Origin: Eledone cirrhosa
Lineage: Eukaryota
Length of the DNA stretch: 64,000 nt
Direction of reading: 5' to 3'
Assembly (NCBI GenBank): GCA_964016885.1
Contig: OZ024741.1
Span: forward strand, 338,582,001 to 338,646,000
Position 1 is the stretch's first letter. Each line of letters starts with the position of its first letter. Below the pieces are notes generated by a model. That model saw nothing but the letters and a program-made list of their open reading frames with translations, searched no databases and had not been told where the DNA came from. Positions 58,866 to 64,000 of the stretch are shown here, piece after piece. A program made the position numbers and the translations under genes.

Positions 58866-59066
58866 CGGGCGTCAGCTGAAAAGCTCATAGGCTGACTATG
58901 AAGGAGTGATGCTACAGCTGTGAAATTTTACATGCATTAATTTCATCTCTTCTTATTAATGACAGCATTATTTATTTCCAAGGATTATGTTGAAAAATAA
59001 ACCTCATTTGATCATTCCATGAGAGTATCTTGGTCGTCAGCCTATGAACTTTTCAGCTGACCCTCA
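58866..59066. mobile_element. mariner-type MITE
   Basis: TIRs GTCAGCTGAAAAGCTCATAGGCTGAC / GTCAGCCTATGAACTTTTCAGCTGAC with TA flanks. Confidence 0.82.
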
Positions 59067-60264
59067 TAGTTTATTCTATAAACTTCCGGCAGGAGGGGTG
59101 GAGCAGTGTTTATTTATCTCCCTTGCATCAACAGCTGTCTTAGGTTGTCCTAGAATCTTTTCTATTTAAACATTACACGTGGTAAAGCATACTGAAGAAG
59201 TTTATTGATTTTGTATAGCAAACCTGCTGAATTATAATTATTACCTGTTGGATTGTATTAGATGAGAGGAACTGATGGGAGATCAAACAACTGATGTATT
59301 GATGTGTGTATACCTGTCTTGTTTTAATACGAGTCGAAAACAAGAGAGAGGAGACTGTGGTAAGTTGATGTATTTAGTAAGTTATAAAATTGATTATTAC
59401 GACTGCGTGTGTGTGTTAAAGAGGTGGACAGGGAGTCCAGAGATTCGGATTGACTCAGAATCGGACTGACAATACGGGCTATTAAGTAATGACCGCTAGG
59501 CCTGCGTGAATGAAGAGAGAGAGGGAAGAAAAAAATCACCAACTGAAACAATATCACAATGGGCTAAGCAATGGAAACTCACCTTTGGCCCTCTGCAGTC
59601 TGTTAGACAATGTCACCTTAGCTAAGCAGTAAAAAACACACTCCTGACCCTCAACTGTTTGTTAGTCAGTGTCACCTTAGCTGGGAAGTGAAAACACACC
59701 TCTGATCCTCAACAGTCTGTTAGTTAGTGTCACCTTAGCTGAACATCAATTTACTCGGCTAGCAAGGTTTGAACGTGTTATCACAGACTCATTTGGTACT
59801 TAGACAGGCCAGAGGCTACATTGCAACCAGATATATTTCTGCACTCAACTGAGTATATCAGGTACATTTTATTGTCACACCAACTGTAGGGAGGTTATAT
59901 CTATTTTCTACAGAGTGTACTGGGTGCATTATCATGTCACCTACACTAAAGGAGTTGTCATGCACTCAAAACAAATAAAGTGTCCTTTCAATTCTTTCTT
60001 TGGCATTCTTCTTGTGGCTGGATGCCCTTACAGGTTACCAACCACTTTACAGAGTGTACTGGGTACATTTTATCATCGAACTAACACAAGAGAAATTGCC
60101 ACACTTTTGACACAACTAAAAAATAATGTTTAGATTTTACTTGTGATTGTTATTTGTACTACTATACAAATCTTATTATTATAGATTTTTGTTTTGTTAA
60201 TGTTTGTTCCTCGTCAACAAATCTTACTGTATTTTTTATTTTAGGAAAATAATATCACTAAATT

Positions 60265-62348
60265 ATGGAGGAAATAACTTTAAAGATGGAAACTTTACCA
60301 GACATCACAAACAGACATCACAACTAATCTTGCACCTTACAAGAAATCACTGAATTGTGAAAAACCTTACTGCTACGAAATCTGTGGTCAGTCGTTTTCT
60401 CAGAAGGATACACTGTCCACACACATATGAGTTCATACAGGAGAGAAGCCCTTTCATTGTGATTATTGTGGGAAAAAGTTTAGTCACAAAGGTACCTTGA
60501 CTCAGCATTTATATCTGCATGCCAGTAAAAGACCTTATTCTTGTGAAATATGTAGCAAAAAACTTCCATCTAAAGGTAAACTGAATAGACACTCAAGGAT
60601 GCATATCAGAGAGAAATCTTTCTATTGTGGAATTTGTAACAGAAGTTTTTATGAGAAAAATAATTTATTGAGTCATATGCGAACACATACTGGAGAAAGA
60701 CCATATCATTGTGAAATTTGTGGGGAATCATTTTCTTTAAATGGTAATTTATCGAGACATAAACGAATTCATACAGGTAAAAAACCATATAGTTGTGATA
60801 TATGTGGTAGAAGCTTCACCGACAGTGGTATGTTACCAAGACATAAGCGGACACATGCTGGAGTGAAACCATATCAATGTGAAATTTGTGAGAAAAAATA
60901 TTCATCTAGTTTTACCTTAACACTTCATAAACGTCTGCACACAGGAAATAAGCTTTATCACTGCAAAATTTGTAAGAAACCATTTGCTCGAATTAGTGCT
61001 CTATCTATACATAATCAAATACATACAGGAGAAAAGCCATTTAGATGTGAAGTTTGTGACAAATCTTTTTCTCAGAAAATTACCCTTCAAAAACATGTAC
61101 AAGTACATAGAACAGAAAAATCTTTTCAAGAAAATTCTGGACTAATATATCCTGAGAAGAAACTCATTCAATGTGAGGTTTGTGACAAAGGTTTTCACAA
61201 TGCTAGCAACTTATCTAGACACAAACGTACTCACACAGGAGAAAAACCTTTTGCTTGCAAAATTTGTGCTAAACGTTTTGCTGACAAGAGTTCATTAGCT
61301 AAACATAACCACATTCATACAGGAGAAAAGCCATTTCGTTGTGAAATTTGTGGAAAATGTTTTGCTGAAAGAGGAAATTTGTCTCAACACAAACCAGTTC
61401 ATACTGGTGAGAAACCTTACCGCTGTGGGTTATGTGGGAAATGTTTTTCAAGGGGTTCGAGTTTGGTATATCATAAATTGATACACACTATGGAATTGCC
61501 TCATCATTGTGACATTTGTGGCAAAGCATTTCGTCAGATGAGTATTTTATCAAAACACAAGCATTTTCATATGGGAGAGAAACCATTTCATTATGTTATT
61601 TGTGGTAAATGTTTCACAGAGAATGGAACATTAACTAAACGCAAGCAACTACATACTGGTGAGAAACCTCATATTTGTGCAATTTGTGGTAAAAGTTTTT
61701 CACAGTGTGGAACTTTATCAAAACACAAGCGTATTCACACTGGAGAAAAACAATATAGTTGCGAGATTTGTGATAAACGGTTTTCTGAAAACAGCACTTT
61801 ACAAAAACATAAACAGATACACAATCAACAAAAAAAGTTTTATCTGTAAAATATGTGATAAAATATTTCATCAATCTGCATCTCTGTTTAATAATATGCA
61901 GTCCCACAGCAAAGGGAAGCCACAACACAGTGAAATTGGTGATATAAATATATTTAATATGAATAGTTTATCTCAACATGAAGGCAGTCCTTCAGAAGGG
62001 AACATTTATGGCTGTAAAAAATGTGGAGAAACTTTCATCCTTGATCTATTGTCCACTCCCAATTGCAATCCTAGGAAAGATAGAACCAATGATTGCAAAA
62101 TTTGTGGTAAATGTTTTTCAGAAAATAGTTGTTTGTCTAAACATAAACGAATACATACTGGAGAAATACCTTATGAATGTGAATTCTGTGGGAAAGCGTT
62201 TTCTCAGAGTGGTACTTTATTAAACCACAAACGAATTCACACAGAAGAGAAACCATATCGTTGTGAAGTTTGTGCTAAATGCTTTTCACAGAAATGTAAT
62301 TTATCTCAACATAAAAGGATACATGAGAGAGAGAAACTATTTGTATAG
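60265..62348 (+). pseudogene. Disrupted C2H2 zinc-finger gene (ZNF-D), more than 20 finger units, several degenerate
   Basis: Acceptor TTTTAG at ~60244 and ATG at 60265 (MEEITLK). Three lesions: a 13-bp tandem duplication frameshift at ~60299-60324, in-frame TGA at 60428-60430, and an extra A in an A7 run at ~61830-61837. Several fingers lack a Cys or His. Confidence 0.8.
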
Positions 62349-62460
62349 TATACATTGGCTGGTTAGCCTAATTTGCATACTGAGCAATTTTATGGCTGGC
62401 TTTGCTGAAAATTAAATAAACAAAATTAGAATTTTGTTTTTTGATCTAACATAGCGGATA

Positions 62461-62828
62461 CGGGTTTTATATCGAATAATGATAATATACGATTCATTTG
62501 CAAGCAAATGATATGTTGTATAGATGGCTATCGCCATCCTTTTGTTCTAGAGAGAAACAGCTGTAAAATCACTTGATATGTAAATTAGGCTAATCAGCGG
62601 ATGTGTACTTTAGAGAATACTATATATTCTCAAGAGTTCTAGTGAGCGACAGGGGAGAGATACACAATCTTGATGAGGCAATAACCCAGAAACAATATTA
62701 TTGTCGATTGTTTCTCTCTGTCACCGCTAGATCAAAAGGTTGGCAATGGCCATCTATAAAACATAGCATAATGAGGCTGTTTGCTTGCAAACAAATCAAA
62801 TGTTATTATTATTTGATATAAAACTCAT
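62461..62828. repeat. Long imperfect inverted repeat (fold-back element) just downstream of ZNF-D
   Basis: GTTTTATATCGAATAATGATAA..TTTGCAAGCAAA..TATAGATGGCTATCGCCATCCTTTTGTTCTAG pairs with CTAGATCAAAAGGTTGGCAATGGCCATCTATA..TTTGCTTGCAAA..TTATTATTATTTGATATAAAAC. Confidence 0.8.
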
Positions 62829-63097
62829 GACTGCATATATATATGTGTGTGTATGTACTAGAAGCCATGTTCTATCTTGCTGGGTTTGTTAATATCTAAA
62901 ATAGATATAATCCTATGGATTTACTATATTTTGGTTAAACTGTTTTAAAAAGATGCTGACAATTTTCTGTTGGTCTGGGAATGTTGATTCACAATACCCC
63001 AAAAATGGTTGAAATAAATCAAGCTTCATTAAAATGTGCAAAAAGAAAATCAAAACAATAACAAATATAGAACTCCCTCCAAAAAAAAATAATGTAG

Positions 63098-63129
<32 letters not shown>

Positions 63130-64000
63130 TATGGACCCCTCTAAAAACAAATACATACCCCCATCAAACATAGAAACCCCCACCAAATAAACAAACACAG
63201 ACCCCTTCCAAAAAAGCAAAACAAATATAGATCCCCTCTCTCCAAAAACACAAACATAGATCCCATCAAAAAACAAATATAGATCCCATCCACACACCCA
63301 CTCACACCAAAAAAAAAAGCATGAAGAAACCCAAATAAAATTTTGGTCTGACGTTTTCTTTATTTATTTCTTTGCAATGTTTTCAAGTCATCTTCCCTGC
63401 TACAGCAGGAGTTAACCTTGCAGGTTTCATGACAAGTGTCTTTACTTTTCCCTATCATCTGCACCCCACTCATAAAAACATATATTGTATATAGAGTTAT
63501 ATTTTGGGAATTATAGCCCCTCACCCACCCAAGATAAAGAGGGCTCATCAGTTGGGTTTATGACCAACAACCAGCCTTCCAAGTGCTGGTGTCATAGTAA
63601 AATGCATCCAGTACACTTTGTAAAGTAGTTGGTAATAGGAAGGACATCCAGCTGTAGAATCCATACCAAAACCAGAACTTAAGTGCTGACTTGGTCGATA
63701 ATGGCCTGTCCATTCCATATTAACATGGAAAAGGACATGAAATGATGGTGATTCCATGGTTTCTGAATGCCCTTCATATTACCAACCTCTTTACAGAGTG
63801 TACTGGGTGCATTTTTTTGTGTCACCAACACTACAAAGAGTCATATGAGCAACAAGAATAAGTGATTCTCTCAAGCCACATTCATTCAACAACTGCTTTG
63901 TACAGTGTACTTTGTGGAACCAGGACTGGTCAGGTTGCCTTTGTAGATAGGAAACATAAATCTCTTACTTTGCCAGCCCTGCCCTAAACATCAAATCCAC

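Noticed and set aside
61828-61849. A_AAA_AAG slippery heptamer at the ZNF-D frame break, suggesting programmed -1 frameshifting
   Set aside because: The downstream finger ORF (61659..62348) is in the +1 frame, not -1. A homopolymer indel or sequencing error is simpler.

Overview
AT-rich, microsatellite-dense animal genomic DNA. The mix of KRAB-less single-exon C2H2 arrays, RTE LINEs with (GAT)n tails and tRNA-derived SINEs suggests a coleoid cephalopod, probably Octopus; this is inference. The window holds four C2H2 zinc-finger loci: 3123-4877 (+, 20 fingers), 14963-16120 (-, 11 fingers), 39994-40719 (-, 8 fingers) and 60265-62348 (+, disrupted). A 7-exon PACRGL gene (-, 22373-31667, 263 aa) was assembled by hand from splice signals. 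The rest is mobile DNA: RTE, CR1 and CRE-clade LINEs, a non-autonomous tRNA-Trp-primed LTR family, solo LTRs, a Helitron, mariner/Tigger/piggyBac/hAT MITEs, SINEs and minisatellites. The most notable observations are several degenerate type I hammerhead-ribozyme motifs in short Penelope-like modules, a four-level nested insertion, a near-identical inverted duplication of PACRGL intron sequence 16 kb away, a minisatellite apparently born from a zinc-finger codon motif, and zinc-finger arrays shortening at their 3' ends. All calls were made by eye without searches. No wholly new biological system is demonstrated.
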